Of a stretch of 64,000 nt of DNA, positions 1 through 10,315 are shown piece after piece. The stretch lies in the NCBI RefSeq assembly GCF_039770275.1, contig NZ_JBDMYO010000012.1; one strand, 5' to 3'. The stretch comes from Nonlabens sp. (GTDB lineage Bacteria; Bacteroidota; Bacteroidia; Flavobacteriales; Flavobacteriaceae). Numbering within the stretch: the first letter of the stretch is position 1; each line of letters starts with the position of its first letter. The position numbers and the translations under genes were made by a program. The notes beneath the pieces were generated by a model. The model did not search any database. It was not told where the DNA came from and worked only from the letters and a program-made list of their open reading frames with translations.

Positions 1-1955
1 GATGTTGTAGGGGTAAAACCAACTTCAAAATCTTCACTATATGGCGTGGTTTCAGCATCACATTGTGTTATACCACTTATAGGCCCAACAACTGAACTTT
101 CATCACCAGAACCGCAAACTGCGGTAATATAAAAATCATAAGTAGTGTTTTGAGTCAAGCCTGGAACACTAAATGGATTAGTCATTGCATTAACAACTGT
201 CCCGTCACCAGGAAGAAATCCAGTTGCACCATATTCAATATCCCATTCGGTTTCAGTTCCACCAGCTTCCCAAGATAAATCTACAGTAGTAGCTGTAGAT
301 CCATCAACAACAACATCAAAAGGTGTTGGACAAGCAGGAGGCGCAGCACAAGTAACATCTGCGATAAAACCAGCTCGTTGACCAGAACCATCAGAATCAA
401 AAACAAAAGTCAAACAACCAGAAGGAAGCTTTCCAATAAGTGTTTCTCCTGTCAAATCTCCCGTACCAGAAGTGACATCCCAGCACCAGCCTTCATCACC
501 ACCTGGAGTTAAGATGATTGGAGAATTAGTATCAGGACCATCATAAATAGTTAAATCATCCCAACATCCTGCAAATGAATCTTCCAGAATAAATTCTAAA
601 AATTCTACATAGACTACATCTCCTGTGTTATCAGGACACACTGTATAGGTAACTAGTTCGTTTGCTGAATAATTCCCTGTTGGACCACCACTATCTACTA
701 ATTGATCACCGTTACAATAATCTGCTGGTGTCAATACTTCTGCACAAACTGGGGTTGATCTATCTGTAGGTGCACAAACCGCAGTTACACAAATATCATA
801 AGATGTCCCAGACATTAAACCTGTAAGTGTAAAAGGATTAGTGTTAGCGATTACAGTTGTACCTGTACCAGCAGTTAAAGGTGCTGGACCATATTCAATT
901 TCCCATTCAGTTTCTGTTCCTCCATTATCCCATGCGATATCTACAGAGGTCTGATCGATATTACTAAAAACGATATTCTCAATATCTGGACATGATTGTA
1001 AAGTTGAGGCTGTGTAAGGACCTGACCAGCTACTAAAATCACTCATACCGCAATCGTACCTAACGTAGAAAGAATATTCAGTATTAGAAGTTAATCCAGT
1101 TATCTGTGCAAACGTCCCAAAGAAACCTTGAACAGTTTGACCACCTGCATCTCCTTGATTGAAAGGAGCCACACCATAATTAACTTCATAGTTTGTGCTA
1201 CTATTACCATTATCATCCCAAATAAATTGAATTTCAGATGCAGTTTCATCTTGAGAAGCAAAGTTAGTAGGTGCCGGACAAGATTCTGTAGTTGTAAAAT
1301 TAATAGGACCTTGATTACTGCTTATATCGCCCATTCCACAATCTGCTCTTACATAGACATCATATGCTGTTTCTGACATTAATCCATCGATAGTCCATGG
1401 ATTAGAAGTTGCATTATCCGTAATTCCTGTACCAGGAGTAAATCCTACAGGACCATACTCTACTTCCCAGGCTGATTCTGTACCTGTTGCTGTCCAACCA
1501 ATATCAGCACCGGTAGCCGTAATATTATTAGTAGTTAACGTAGTAACTGCAAAACAAGTAGGACAAGTTGCAGTACCAACAAAAAGGTCCATCGCAGATG
1601 CTTGATTTATAGGAGAAGCATAAACCTCTATACCTTCTGAATCAAGAAGCCTGAAACCAGCGTCACCAGGAAAGAATGTCGCACGATAATCAATTTCAAT
1701 CGCATCGCCATCATTAACAGTAATGGTATAATTCTCTACAACTGTTGTTGCTGGTGTGTTTGGAGAAGAGTTTAATACTAAATAGGTAGTTACAACTCCG
1801 TTTATACTTACATCTACACCTGCATTTGCAGCTAAGTTGTCACCTGAATCCCATTCATTACCGAAATTATCGGTGAGCTCTAGCGTGTAGTCACATTGCG
1901 CTATGGACAATGAGGAGACTAAAAACGCTACGATTAGTAGTAATTTTGTTTTCAT
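1..1955 (-). CDS. Large secreted protein with fibronectin type III repeats and a CUB-like domain (5' part only; runs off the window start); probable T9SS cargo/adhesin
   Basis: Not in the ORF track because it has no stop in the window. ATG at 1955; frame spot-checked at both ends. Reads MKTKLLLIVAFLVSSLSIAQC..., with repeated W(E/D)(V/I)EYG..GF.PG.G FN3-type motifs and a CUB-like LTIYDGP...FVFDSDGS segment. Confidence 0.85.
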   Translation of the reverse strand, partial: MKTKLLLIVAFLVSSLSIAQCDYTLELTDNFGNEWDSGDNLAANAGVDVSINGVVTTYLVLNSSPNTPATTVVENYTITVNDGDAIEIDYRATFFPGDAGFRLLDSEGIEVYASPINQASAMDLFVGTATCPTCFAVTTLTTNNITATGADIGWTATGTESAWEVEYGPVGFTPGTGITDNATSNPWTIDGLMSETAYDVYVRADCGMGDISSNQGPINFTTTESCPAPTNFASQDETASEIQFIWDDNGNSSTNYEVNYGVAPFNQGDAGGQTVQGFFGTFAQITGLTSNTEYSFYVRYDCGMSDFSSWSGPYTASTLQSCPDIENIVFSNIDQTSVDIAWDNGGTETEWEIEYGPAPLTAGTGTTVIANTNPFTLTGLMSGTSYDICVTAVCAPTDRSTPVCAEVLTPADYCNGDQLVDSGGPTGNYSANELVTYTVCPDNTGDVVYVEFLEFILEDSFAGCWDDLTIYDGPDTNSPIILTPGGDEGWCWDVTSGTGDLTGETLIGKLPSGCLTFVFDSDGSGQRAGFIADVTCAAPPACPTPFDVVVDGSTATTVDLSWEAGGTETEWDIEYGATGFLPGDGTVVNAMTNPFSVPGLTQNTTYDFYITAVCGSGDESSVVGPISGITQCDAETTPYSEDFEVGFTPTT

Positions 1956-2060
1956 TTCGTTTTGGATTTAATTTTAAAAGCACCAATATAGGATTATTGT
2001 TATAATTAACATTACTTTATAGGTAATATTTACATCTAATCATTACAATTTAACATAATT

Positions 2061-2076
2061 CGCTTTCGCGAAAGCG
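2061..2076. repeat. 16-bp palindrome CGCTTTCGCGAAAGCG (perfect, intergenic)
   Basis: Direct match; extends to TTCG...CGAA. Confidence 0.95.
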
Positions 2077-2086
2077 AAAAAACAAA

Positions 2087-2113
2087 AAAGCCTTGTCACA
2101 ATAACAAGGCTTT
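2087..2113 (-). terminator. Intrinsic terminator downstream of fabI
   Basis: AAAGCCTTGT-N7-ACAAGGCTTT hairpin followed by a T-run on the minus strand. Confidence 0.7.
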
Positions 2114-2139
2114 AAATTAATTATGATTGATGTATTTGA

Positions 2140-2946
2140 TTAAAACTTTTCAATCACTTCTTGGCTTACGCCGGTATTAGAAAAACCACCATCATGGAAG
2201 AGGTTTTGCATAGTGACTTTTTTAGTATAATCAGAAAATAAAGTCATAGTATACTCTGCACAGTCTTGAGCAGTAGCATTCCCCAAAGGACTCATTTTTT
2301 CCGCATAATTAATAAAACCATCAAAACCTTTAACACCACTACCAGCAGTTGTAGGCGTAGGAGATTGCGATATGGTATTTACTCTTACTTTTTTATCCTT
2401 TCCAAAGAAGTAGCCAAAACTACGTGCGATAGATTCTAAATATGCTTTATTATCTGCCATATCATTATAATCAGGAAAAGTTCTCTGTGCAGCCATATAA
2501 GTTAGTGCTACAATACTACCCCATTCATTCATGGCGTCATTTTTATGAAGCGTTTGCATCACCTTATGAAAAGACACTGCACTAACGTCCCAACCCTTTT
2601 CTGTGTATTTATAATTTTGATCTGTATAAGCATTCCCTTTACGCACATTAACACTCATACCTATAGAATGCAAAACAAAATCTAATTTACCACCTAAAAT
2701 CTCTACAGATTTAGTCACTAAGTTTTCAAGATCTTCTACACTAGTTGCATCGGCAGGTATGATCTGACTTCCTGTCTTTTCTGCAAGCTCATTGATTTGC
2801 CCCATACGCATCGCTACAGGAGCATTAGTTAATACAAAGGTTGCTCCTTCATCGTGAGCAAGTTGTGCTGTTTTCCAAGCAATAGAATTTTCATCCAACG
2901 CGCCAAATATTATACCACGTTTTCCTTTTAATAGATTGTAAGCCAT
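2140..2946 (-). CDS. fabI: Enoyl-ACP reductase
   Basis: GKRGIIFGALDENSIAW, LDFVLHSIGMS, Y..M..NKAYLES, RVNTISQSPT motifs. Confidence 0.93.
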   Translation of the reverse strand: MAYNLLKGKRGIIFGALDENSIAWKTAQLAHDEGATFVLTNAPVAMRMGQINELAEKTGSQIIPADATSVEDLENLVTKSVEILGGKLDFVLHSIGMSVNVRKGNAYTDQNYKYTEKGWDVSAVSFHKVMQTLHKNDAMNEWGSIVALTYMAAQRTFPDYNDMADNKAYLESIARSFGYFFGKDKKVRVNTISQSPTPTTAGSGVKGFDGFINYAEKMSPLGNATAQDCAEYTMTLFSDYTKKVTMQNLFHDGGFSNTGVSQEVIEKF

Positions 2947-2977
2947 AGTTCTTGATTAGAATAGCAAATATATAAAA

Positions 2978-4657
2978 CTAATTGAGTAGCGCACGTGCAT
3001 TTTCCCTTGCAGCATCAGAAATTGTTCCACCACTTAACATCTGGGCAATTTCCTCTAGCCTATCGTCTCCATCAAGACGCTGTATAGTACTGTAAGTCAT
3101 TTTTTCATCGGTTTGCTTTTTCACAATTAAATGATCATCTCCAGCTGCTGCGATTTGTGGTAAGTGCGTTATTGCCATCACTTGCATTTCTTTACTCATT
3201 ACCGTCATTATATCTGCCATTTTAGTAGCGATAGCACCACTTACTCCAGTGTCAATTTCGTCAAAAATGATAGTTGGTAATTTTTTACATCTAGAAAGTA
3301 TCGATTTAATAGCTAACATAAGTCTAGAAAGCTCTCCGCCAGAAGCAGCTTTGTCCAGTGGTAATAATTGAGAACCTTTATTTGCTGTAAACGTAAACTG
3401 AATCATATCCTTACCAGAATCAACAAAATGATCCAACGGTAGCAACTCAATTTTAAATTGAGCGTTGGGCATACCTAATTCAATTACTACTTGGATTATT
3501 TCTTGTTCCAAGGATACTTTATGTTTTATCCTTAAGTCGTGTAGTACCTTACTTATTTTAAGTAATGACTTTTCTGACTCTTGTAATAGCTTTTCTTGTG
3601 TTTTAATCTTCTTTTCTAATCCTTGGGAAACAAAAACCTTATCAGCAAGCTCATCTCTCAATTGAATCAATGATGGTACATCAACCGCTTGATGCTTTCT
3701 GTATAGATTCTCAAGAATAGTTAATGATGTATTTATTTGCAACAATCTTTCTGGGTCTGCCTCTACTTTGTCAGCTTCTCGTGAAGATTCTTCATAGACA
3801 TCTTCTAATTCTAATAATACTGAGGATAGCCTCTCTCTTATGGATGCATAATTAGTTGAATAACTACTTATGCTTTGTAACTTATTTTGCAGCTGCCTCA
3901 ATTGATCCAGGATTCCATGATCATCTTCACTCAACGACGTATTAAATTCTGTAAAAACTTCTGTAATAGTTTCTACATTACTTAATTGCTCATTTTCTTC
4001 TTCTAAAGCAGTTTGATCAATTTTATCAAGGTGCACCGATTCTAATTCTTCTAATAAAAAGTTATTATAATCTAATTCTTTAGACAATAAGGCTTCTTGA
4101 GATTGTAATTTTTTAAGCTCTTTTTGAGCATTTTTAAAAACAACCAACTCTCTCTTATAATTATCAAGTATTAATAAAGCAGGTTCTTTAGAATTCTTTG
4201 TAGCCTCGATAATATAAGCATTCAAAACCTCTGCTTGAAAAGTATCTTTAGAAAGCTGTAATGTTTGATGTTGAGAATGTATATCTACAAGACGCTTACC
4301 TATGTTATTCATAACAGCAAGCGTTACTGGCGTATCGTTTATAAAAGCCCTACTTTTTCCAGAAGGCAAGATCTCTCTTCTTAAAAAACTTACATTTTCA
4401 TAATCTAGATCAAACTCTTGAAAAAGATCCTTTAAACCTAAGGACGTTATTTCAAATTGAGCTTCTACTATACATTTACGAGATGTATCCCTAATGGCAC
4501 TTAAATCTGCCCTATTACCCAGAATCAATACTAATGCACCTAATAAAATAGACTTTCCAGCACCGGTTTCACCAGTAATCATGGTCAGATTTTTTTGAAG
4601 ATCTAATTCTAGTGAATCGATCAATGCAAAATTTTCTATTTGAATTTTTTTAAGCAA
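2978..4657 (-). CDS. recN: DNA repair protein RecN
   Basis: ITGETGAGKS Walker A, ASGGELSR signature, IFDEIDTGVSG, coiled-coil middle; TTG start. Confidence 0.96.
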   Translation of the reverse strand: MLKKIQIENFALIDSLELDLQKNLTMITGETGAGKSILLGALVLILGNRADLSAIRDTSRKCIVEAQFEITSLGLKDLFQEFDLDYENVSFLRREILPSGKSRAFINDTPVTLAVMNNIGKRLVDIHSQHQTLQLSKDTFQAEVLNAYIIEATKNSKEPALLILDNYKRELVVFKNAQKELKKLQSQEALLSKELDYNNFLLEELESVHLDKIDQTALEEENEQLSNVETITEVFTEFNTSLSEDDHGILDQLRQLQNKLQSISSYSTNYASIRERLSSVLLELEDVYEESSREADKVEADPERLLQINTSLTILENLYRKHQAVDVPSLIQLRDELADKVFVSQGLEKKIKTQEKLLQESEKSLLKISKVLHDLRIKHKVSLEQEIIQVVIELGMPNAQFKIELLPLDHFVDSGKDMIQFTFTANKGSQLLPLDKAASGGELSRLMLAIKSILSRCKKLPTIIFDEIDTGVSGAIATKMADIMTVMSKEMQVMAITHLPQIAAAGDDHLIVKKQTDEKMTYSTIQRLDGDDRLEEIAQMLSGGTISDAARENARALLN

Positions 4658-4740
4658 CTTGTTTCCAGTATTTAAGCAGCAATAAGGCTGCTAGATTATA
4701 AAGTATAAAGCTAGGTAAAAACTAGATACAAAAAAAGAAG

Positions 4741-5643
4741 CTAAACTTTAATATTACGCCATTTTGAGGACTGATTAGGCGCTAATTTTTGCAGAGACGC
4801 CTTTAAATCTCTAATATCTACCGAAGGACCAGACGAATAAATACTCATAATTTCATCTGCCTTAGCATCAAAAAAAGAGCGTTGTAATAAGCTATTAGGC
4901 CTACGGTCGTTGAGAGCCTCAAATTGTTGTATATATTTCTTTAGAATAATCTTACCAGATTTTGGGTCCTTTGCAAAAACATCAAGCCCCTTTAAATGAT
5001 AGGCATACATGATTTCGCGATACTCTTTATAAGTTTCAGAAAGCATGTCGTCGTTAAGTCTAAATCTAGAGATAAGACCATCGCTCGCTTTCCACCCAAC
5101 AGTTCCCTGAGAGCCTTGAGCCAGGTTCACTATGTTTTGCGCCTCTTCATGAAACTCTTGTCCACCTCTTAGTTCAAAAGTATCTGCGTCGATGCCTAAG
5201 ATGGTATAGGCATAGAAAGATATGAGAGAAATCAAGTTATTCTCATACTGATTCTCATTGTAAAAAAAAGGAGCAAACTCTACATATTCAAACGCAATGT
5301 CATTATCCTTAAAATTAAAGATAGAAGAGGAATAAGAAGAATTAAAAATAGGTCTAGAAGCTGATATTTGAAAATTCCCTCTAAAACGGTCATTATCAAA
5401 AGTGGTTACCACAAATACTAAAGACGCATTGATCTTTTCTTCATCCTTAAACTTTTGATCAGTCCATTTTGTATTATTCAAAAATTCTTGCAATGAAGTT
5501 TCTAAGGTTTTAAAAATGGTCTGATCCGGTTGCGCAACGTTTTGAGCATTGACTTGAACCGAAAAATTAAATTCTTGAGCGCTTACAACACAAACTGTCA
5601 ATAGTGCTATTAACAGACTATAAAATCCTTTTGATAATTTCAT
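4741..5643 (-). CDS. DUF4835 family secreted protein (PorD-like, T9SS-associated)
   Basis: Signal peptide, QEFNFSVQV, FLNNTKWT; conserved position between coaBC and recN in Bacteroidota. Confidence 0.75.
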   Translation of the reverse strand: MKLSKGFYSLLIALLTVCVVSAQEFNFSVQVNAQNVAQPDQTIFKTLETSLQEFLNNTKWTDQKFKDEEKINASLVFVVTTFDNDRFRGNFQISASRPIFNSSYSSSIFNFKDNDIAFEYVEFAPFFYNENQYENNLISLISFYAYTILGIDADTFELRGGQEFHEEAQNIVNLAQGSQGTVGWKASDGLISRFRLNDDMLSETYKEYREIMYAYHLKGLDVFAKDPKSGKIILKKYIQQFEALNDRRPNSLLQRSFFDAKADEIMSIYSSGPSVDIRDLKASLQKLAPNQSSKWRNIKV

Positions 5644-6829
5644 TAATTATATCTTTTGCTACCTCTGTTTTGGGTTTAGTTTCAAATGTAGAGGTGTTTT
5701 TATCCTTATCTATAATCGTAATTTTATTGGTATCAACACCAAAACCAGCACCTTTATCTCGCATAGAATTTAAAATAAGTAAATCGGTCTGTTTTTTCTC
5801 TACTTTCGCGAAAGCGTGCTCCAATTCATTATCTGTTTCTAAAGCAAAGCCTACTAAAAACGGCTTCTTTTCCATTGCTCCTACACTTGCTAATATATCG
5901 GGATTTTTTACCAACTTTATAGTTAACGTATCTGACTTCTTTTTTATTTTCTGGTCAGCAGGATTTGACGGTCTATAATCTGCAACCGCTGCGCTAAAGA
6001 TAGCAACATCTACCACATTAATGATTTCATGAACTGCATCATACATTTGCTGTGCACTTTTTATATTGACTCGATCAATCAATTCATGCTGACAAACAAC
6101 ATGGCTGGGACCCATGATTAAATGAACTCTAGCTCCTTGAGTTGCTAACTCCATTGCAATTGCAGCACCCATTTTACCGCTACTATGATTTCCTATAAAA
6201 CGCACAGGATCAATAGCCTCGTACGTTGGTCCTGCCGTTATGAGACAGGTTTTCCCTCGTAAGGGAAGCTGACTTTCTATATGCTGTTCTATAAATTGAA
6301 TAATCTCTTCTGGCTCTGCCATACGACCTTTACCAGAAAGCCCACTTGCTAATTCTCCATCTCCTGCAGGAATCATAAGATTGCCGTATGAAGCTAGTTT
6401 ATCGAAGTTTGCTGTTGTGGATGGATGTTTGTACATGTCTAGGTCCATCGCTGGAGCAAAATAGACAGAACATTTTGCGCTACAATAAGTGGCTAGAAGT
6501 AGATTATCAATCGTACCATTCACCATTTTACTGATGGTGTTTGCCGTTGCAGGGGCAATAATTATTAAATCTGCCCAAAGACCTAATTCTACATGATTGT
6601 TCCATGTATCATTTTCATCTTCTTCATTAGTGAAATGAGTAAGAACTGGGTGCTTAGAAAGTGTGGATAATGTGAGTGGCGTAACAAAATCCCTTGCAGC
6701 AGGAGTCATTACCACTTTAACAGTTGCGCCTGCTTTAATAAGCAGGCGCACAAGATAAGTTGTTTTGTAAGCAGCAATACCACCGGTTACACCTAGCAAT
6801 ATTTTCTTACCACTTAAAACTGATATCAT
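5618..6829 (-). CDS. coaBC: Phosphopantothenoylcysteine decarboxylase/ligase
   Basis: KKILLGVTGGIAAYK, PATANTISK, APAMD, ITAGPTYEAIDPVRFIGNHSSGKMG. Start re-assigned to ATG 6829 (MISVLSGKK); the ORF-track extension overlaps rpoZ. Confidence 0.95.
   Translation of the reverse strand: MISVLSGKKILLGVTGGIAAYKTTYLVRLLIKAGATVKVVMTPAARDFVTPLTLSTLSKHPVLTHFTNEEDENDTWNNHVELGLWADLIIIAPATANTISKMVNGTIDNLLLATYCSAKCSVYFAPAMDLDMYKHPSTTANFDKLASYGNLMIPAGDGELASGLSGKGRMAEPEEIIQFIEQHIESQLPLRGKTCLITAGPTYEAIDPVRFIGNHSSGKMGAAIAMELATQGARVHLIMGPSHVVCQHELIDRVNIKSAQQMYDAVHEIINVVDVAIFSAAVADYRPSNPADQKIKKKSDTLTIKLVKNPDILASVGAMEKKPFLVGFALETDNELEHAFAKVEKKQTDLLILNSMRDKGAGFGVDTNKITIIDKDKNTSTFETKPKTEVAKDIINEIIKRIL
5801..5816. 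repeat. Palindrome copy (2 mismatches) inside coaBC, encodes AFAKV
   Basis: TACTTTCGCGAAAGCG. Confidence 0.75.
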
Positions 6830-6839
6830 TTTATAAGAT

Positions 6840-7166
6840 TTACTCTTCAGCAGCGCCAGTGTCTCTGAAGTATATTTTACCTTGTAACCATTCTTCAACA
6901 GCAATTGCTGCAGGCTTAGGTAAACGCTCGTAAAATTTAGAAACCTCAATTTGCTCTTTGTTCTCAAAAATTTCTTCAAGAGAATCATTATAAGTAGCAA
7001 ATTCTTCTAGCTTTTCTATAAGCTCTTCTTTAACGTCTGTATTAATTTGCTCAGCACGTTTTGCTATAATAGAAATTGCTTCATACATGTTTCCTGTAGG
7101 AGCAGTTAAAGCATCTCTATTATACGTAATAGTCGTGTTAGGAGCTGTAAGATTTTTAGTATCCAT
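6840..7166 (-). CDS. rpoZ: RNA polymerase omega subunit (Bacteroidota type)
   Basis: GNMYEAISIIAKRAEQIN, EIFENKEQIEVSKFYERLPKP. Confidence 0.9.
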   Translation of the reverse strand: MDTKNLTAPNTTITYNRDALTAPTGNMYEAISIIAKRAEQINTDVKEELIEKLEEFATYNDSLEEIFENKEQIEVSKFYERLPKPAAIAVEEWLQGKIYFRDTGAAEE

Positions 7167-7171
7167 TGTTC

Positions 7172-7981
7172 TTATTTACTTGTATTCTTAGAATTATAAT
7201 CCTCTATTTTAGCGAGTATGTAGTCTGCATCTTCTTTATATTCACTATTAGGATATCGTTTTGCAAAGGTATCATAATATTCTTTAGCTTTTGCTAGTCT
7301 TTCAGCAACTAATTGAGGAAAGCTATTGATACCGTATTCATATTGAGATTCTAATAAATAAAATTGCGCGTCATCTTGATAATCAGATCCTGGATGATCT
7401 AAAATAAAGTTCTCAAAGGCACTTATCGCATTAATATATCCACCTCTAAAGTTTCCAAAGTGATGGTATTGTTTTGCAATCTCGTATGACTTTTTATCTA
7501 ACTTATCTCGCAACTCTTCTACCATTATGTTAGCCTCTGGAGCATAATCCCCAGAAGGGTACACATCAATATATTCTTGTAATTTTGTTAGGGCGATCTT
7601 TGTATCTGTTTGATCTTTGGAGTAAATAGGAGACATTTGATAATGACTCTTTGCCGCCATAAACAAAGCTAGCTGTGCATTCTCATTTTGTGGATGCGAT
7701 TGAATAAATCGCTCATATTGATAGGCACTATTGATATAGCTTTCGTCTTCATACAAAGCTTTAGCATATTTAATTGCCATAGGCGCGGCGCTATCCGTAC
7801 CTCTATACACAGGTATGATCTGATCAAATAAAGCTAGACTTTTGCCATATTTTCCTTTTTCAAAAAGCGTATCTATCATAGCAACTTTTGTAGCATTATC
7901 CTCAGATTTTAAAGCCTTTTGATAAGGACCACAACTTGTAAGGGTAAGAACTAAAATAAATACAATAAGAAGGTTTTTCAT
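7172..7981 (-). CDS. bamD: Outer membrane assembly lipoprotein BamD
   Basis: Lipobox LTSC, TPR-like repeats, typical bamD-rpoZ-coaBC order. Confidence 0.9.
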   Translation of the reverse strand: MKNLLIVFILVLTLTSCGPYQKALKSEDNATKVAMIDTLFEKGKYGKSLALFDQIIPVYRGTDSAAPMAIKYAKALYEDESYINSAYQYERFIQSHPQNENAQLALFMAAKSHYQMSPIYSKDQTDTKIALTKLQEYIDVYPSGDYAPEANIMVEELRDKLDKKSYEIAKQYHHFGNFRGGYINAISAFENFILDHPGSDYQDDAQFYLLESQYEYGINSFPQLVAERLAKAKEYYDTFAKRYPNSEYKEDADYILAKIEDYNSKNTSK

Positions 7982-8059
7982 AAATAATTGTAATGAAGGG
8001 CAAAGGTAACTTTTTCTATGGAAAAAGAAAGAACGTTCACACTGCTTAACGTAAGGATT

Positions 8060-8938
8060 CTAATTCTCGTATTGATCTATAAAAGTTTTTAATCTATCAT
8101 TAAGATTATCATCTATCTTTACTAAAGGTAATCTAACTTCATTGCTGCACAAACCTAGATGATTCAACAATGATTTTATTCCTGCAGGATTTCCTTGCTC
8201 AAAAATCATATCAATACTCGCAGCAATTTTATAATGCAACTCATACGACTCTCCTACATCGCCATTTAACGCATAACGAATCATATCAGAAAAATCTTGC
8301 GCTATCGCTTGACCTATAACTGATATCACTCCGGCTCCACCTGCTAGTGTCATCGCGTTTGCAATCATATCATCTCCCGAAATTACTAGAAAATCCTTTG
8401 GAGTGTATTGAATCATTTTCATGGCTTGAACTAAATCACCAGCAGCTTCTTTGATCCCTACTACATTATCAAATGCCGCAAGCCTTACAACGGTTTCAAC
8501 AGACATATTTGATGCCGTTCTTCCTGGAACATTGTATAGAATCACAGGTAAAGGACTCGCTTCAGAAACTGCTTTAAAATGCTGATAAATTCCTTCTTGA
8601 GAAGGTTTGTTATATGAAGGTGAAACAGACAAAATAGCTGTGAAACCAGATAAATCTGATGTTTTAAGCTCATTAACTACTACTGCCGTATCATTCCCGC
8701 CTACTCCTATTACCATAGGTAAACGGTCACTGTTAGCTATTTTAATAGTCTGGATAACCTCTTGTTTTTCCTGTTTAGTAAGCGTCACACTTTCTCCAGT
8801 CGTACCTAGCACAACTAAATAGTCAATACCATTTTCAACTTGATGGTGCACTACTTTTGTTAACGCATCATGATCAACTACTCCTTGAGCGTTGAAAGGA
8901 GTTACCAGAGCAACACCAGTACCGATTAATTCTTGCAT
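8060..8938 (-). CDS. dapA: 4-hydroxy-tetrahydrodipicolinate synthase
   Basis: [20 protein letters not shown] motifs. Confidence 0.95.
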   Translation of the reverse strand: MQELIGTGVALVTPFNAQGVVDHDALTKVVHHQVENGIDYLVVLGTTGESVTLTKQEKQEVIQTIKIANSDRLPMVIGVGGNDTAVVVNELKTSDLSGFTAILSVSPSYNKPSQEGIYQHFKAVSEASPLPVILYNVPGRTASNMSVETVVRLAAFDNVVGIKEAAGDLVQAMKMIQYTPKDFLVISGDDMIANAMTLAGGAGVISVIGQAIAQDFSDMIRYALNGDVGESYELHYKIAASIDMIFEQGNPAGIKSLLNHLGLCSNEVRLPLVKIDDNLNDRLKTFIDQYEN

Positions 8939-8939
8939 T

Positions 8940-9452
8940 TTATGGATTAAAGATTTTTAAATATTTGGCAATTTCGGAGATAAATAACTCCTGCTTTGTT
9001 AATGGAACGTTAACTGCGAGATCGTAAGTGATTTCTTCATGACTAGCATATCCTACCTTAAGATTACTGTCCATCTTCATCATCACATATTTTATTACCT
9101 TACTAGGTTTATCAAGGTAGTTAATTTGTAAATCATACTTTTTTCCCAATATGGCAGATAGCTTTGGATCTTTTAATCCACCAGCCCATCTTATTGAGTG
9201 ATTATCAAATAAAGTTACACCTTCTATCGCCTTTTTCTTAACATCCCTAGTAAAAGCTACCAACGTCAGACAGTTAAAAGGTATATTTAACTTTTGACAC
9301 CATTCCTCAAAAATAGTTAGATCTATCCATCGATCTGCATCAAAAATGATTACTAGTGATTTAGGCCAGCATTGTTGATGATCTCTAGAACTATTTTCTA
9401 AATTACGAAACTCTTTGCGCAACCATCGCTGCTTTAAAACGTCAAAAATCAT
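8940..9452 (-). CDS. Conserved Flavobacteria protein (DUF6913-like)
   Basis: YDLQINY motif; conserved neighbour of dapA. Confidence 0.6.
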   Translation of the reverse strand: MIFDVLKQRWLRKEFRNLENSSRDHQQCWPKSLVIIFDADRWIDLTIFEEWCQKLNIPFNCLTLVAFTRDVKKKAIEGVTLFDNHSIRWAGGLKDPKLSAILGKKYDLQINYLDKPSKVIKYVMMKMDSNLKVGYASHEEITYDLAVNVPLTKQELFISEIAKYLKIFNP

Positions 9453-9506
9453 GTACTTTTACTACTTAAACGGTTTCACAAAAATAGCACAATAACAAGA
9501 GGCTTT

Positions 9507-10304
9507 ATGAAAAAATATACGATAGAAAAAAGGAAAGGCTTTTTGGGTTATTCCGCTTTCGCGAAAGCGGCAGTAATAACAACCATCCTGCTCGTTTCCT
9601 GTAATCAAAAAGATTACCGACTAGCTAAGGTTACTGGTAGCAAAACAGAGATAGACACCACTATTCAAAGCATCCACGAAATCGATGAATTTATCGCGCC
9701 ATTCAAAAAATCATTAGACGTTCAAATGGACGAAGAATTAAGTTTCAATCCTGTTTCCATGAATAAAAACGATTATAAGTACAATACTCCTTTGGGTAAC
9801 ATGCTGGCCGCAATTGTACTCGAACAAGGAGAACCTATTTATACATCTAGAACTGGCAAAAACATAGATGTAGTTTTATTGAACCATGGTGGCATAAGAG
9901 CAGGATTGCCTGCTGGACCAGTTACCATGAGAAGAGCTTATGAAATCATGCCGTTTGACAATGAAATTATTATCGTTGAACTTACTGGCGAAAAGATGAA
10001 TGAATTGATCAATTACCTTATCGATCGTAAAAGTGCTCACCCATTTAATGGTATGCAAATCATTTTAAATGCAGATAACAGCATTAACAAAGTTTCTATA
10101 CAAAATAAGCCGCTGGATAAAAGTAAAACCTATACCGTAGCAACTAGTGATTATCTATACAGTGGTGGTGATAACATGAGCTTTTTTAAGGAAGCACCGA
10201 TGGTAAAAATAGATTATAAAATACGTAATGCAACAATCGATTATTTTAAGAAAGTAGATACTATTAGATTTGAACGCGACAACCGATTTGAGGTTCTAGA
10301 TTAA
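9507..10304 (+). CDS. 5'-nucleotidase C-terminal domain lipoprotein
   Basis: Lipobox LLVSC; NHGGIRA, EIMPFDN, TSDYLYSGGD motifs. Confidence 0.88.
   Translation: MKKYTIEKRKGFLGYSAFAKAAVITTILLVSCNQKDYRLAKVTGSKTEIDTTIQSIHEIDEFIAPFKKSLDVQMDEELSFNPVSMNKNDYKYNTPLGNMLAAIVLEQGEPIYTSRTGKNIDVVLLNHGGIRAGLPAGPVTMRRAYEIMPFDNEIIIVELTGEKMNELINYLIDRKSAHPFNGMQIILNADNSINKVSIQNKPLDKSKTYTVATSDYLYSGGDNMSFFKEAPMVKIDYKIRNATIDYFKKVDTIRFERDNRFEVLD
9554..9569. repeat. Palindrome copy (perfect) inside the signal-peptide region of the 5'-nucleotidase gene, encodes SAFAKAA
   Basis: Direct match; extends to CCG...CGG. Confidence 0.95.
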
Positions 10305-10315
10305 AAAGCAAGAAA

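Noticed and set aside
6830-7000. Long N-terminal extension of CoaBC in the ORF track
   Set aside because: Overlaps rpoZ out of frame; the conserved protein starts at MISVLSGKK. Similar over-extensions were trimmed for trxB, ABC-F, the PIN toxin and DUF6268.
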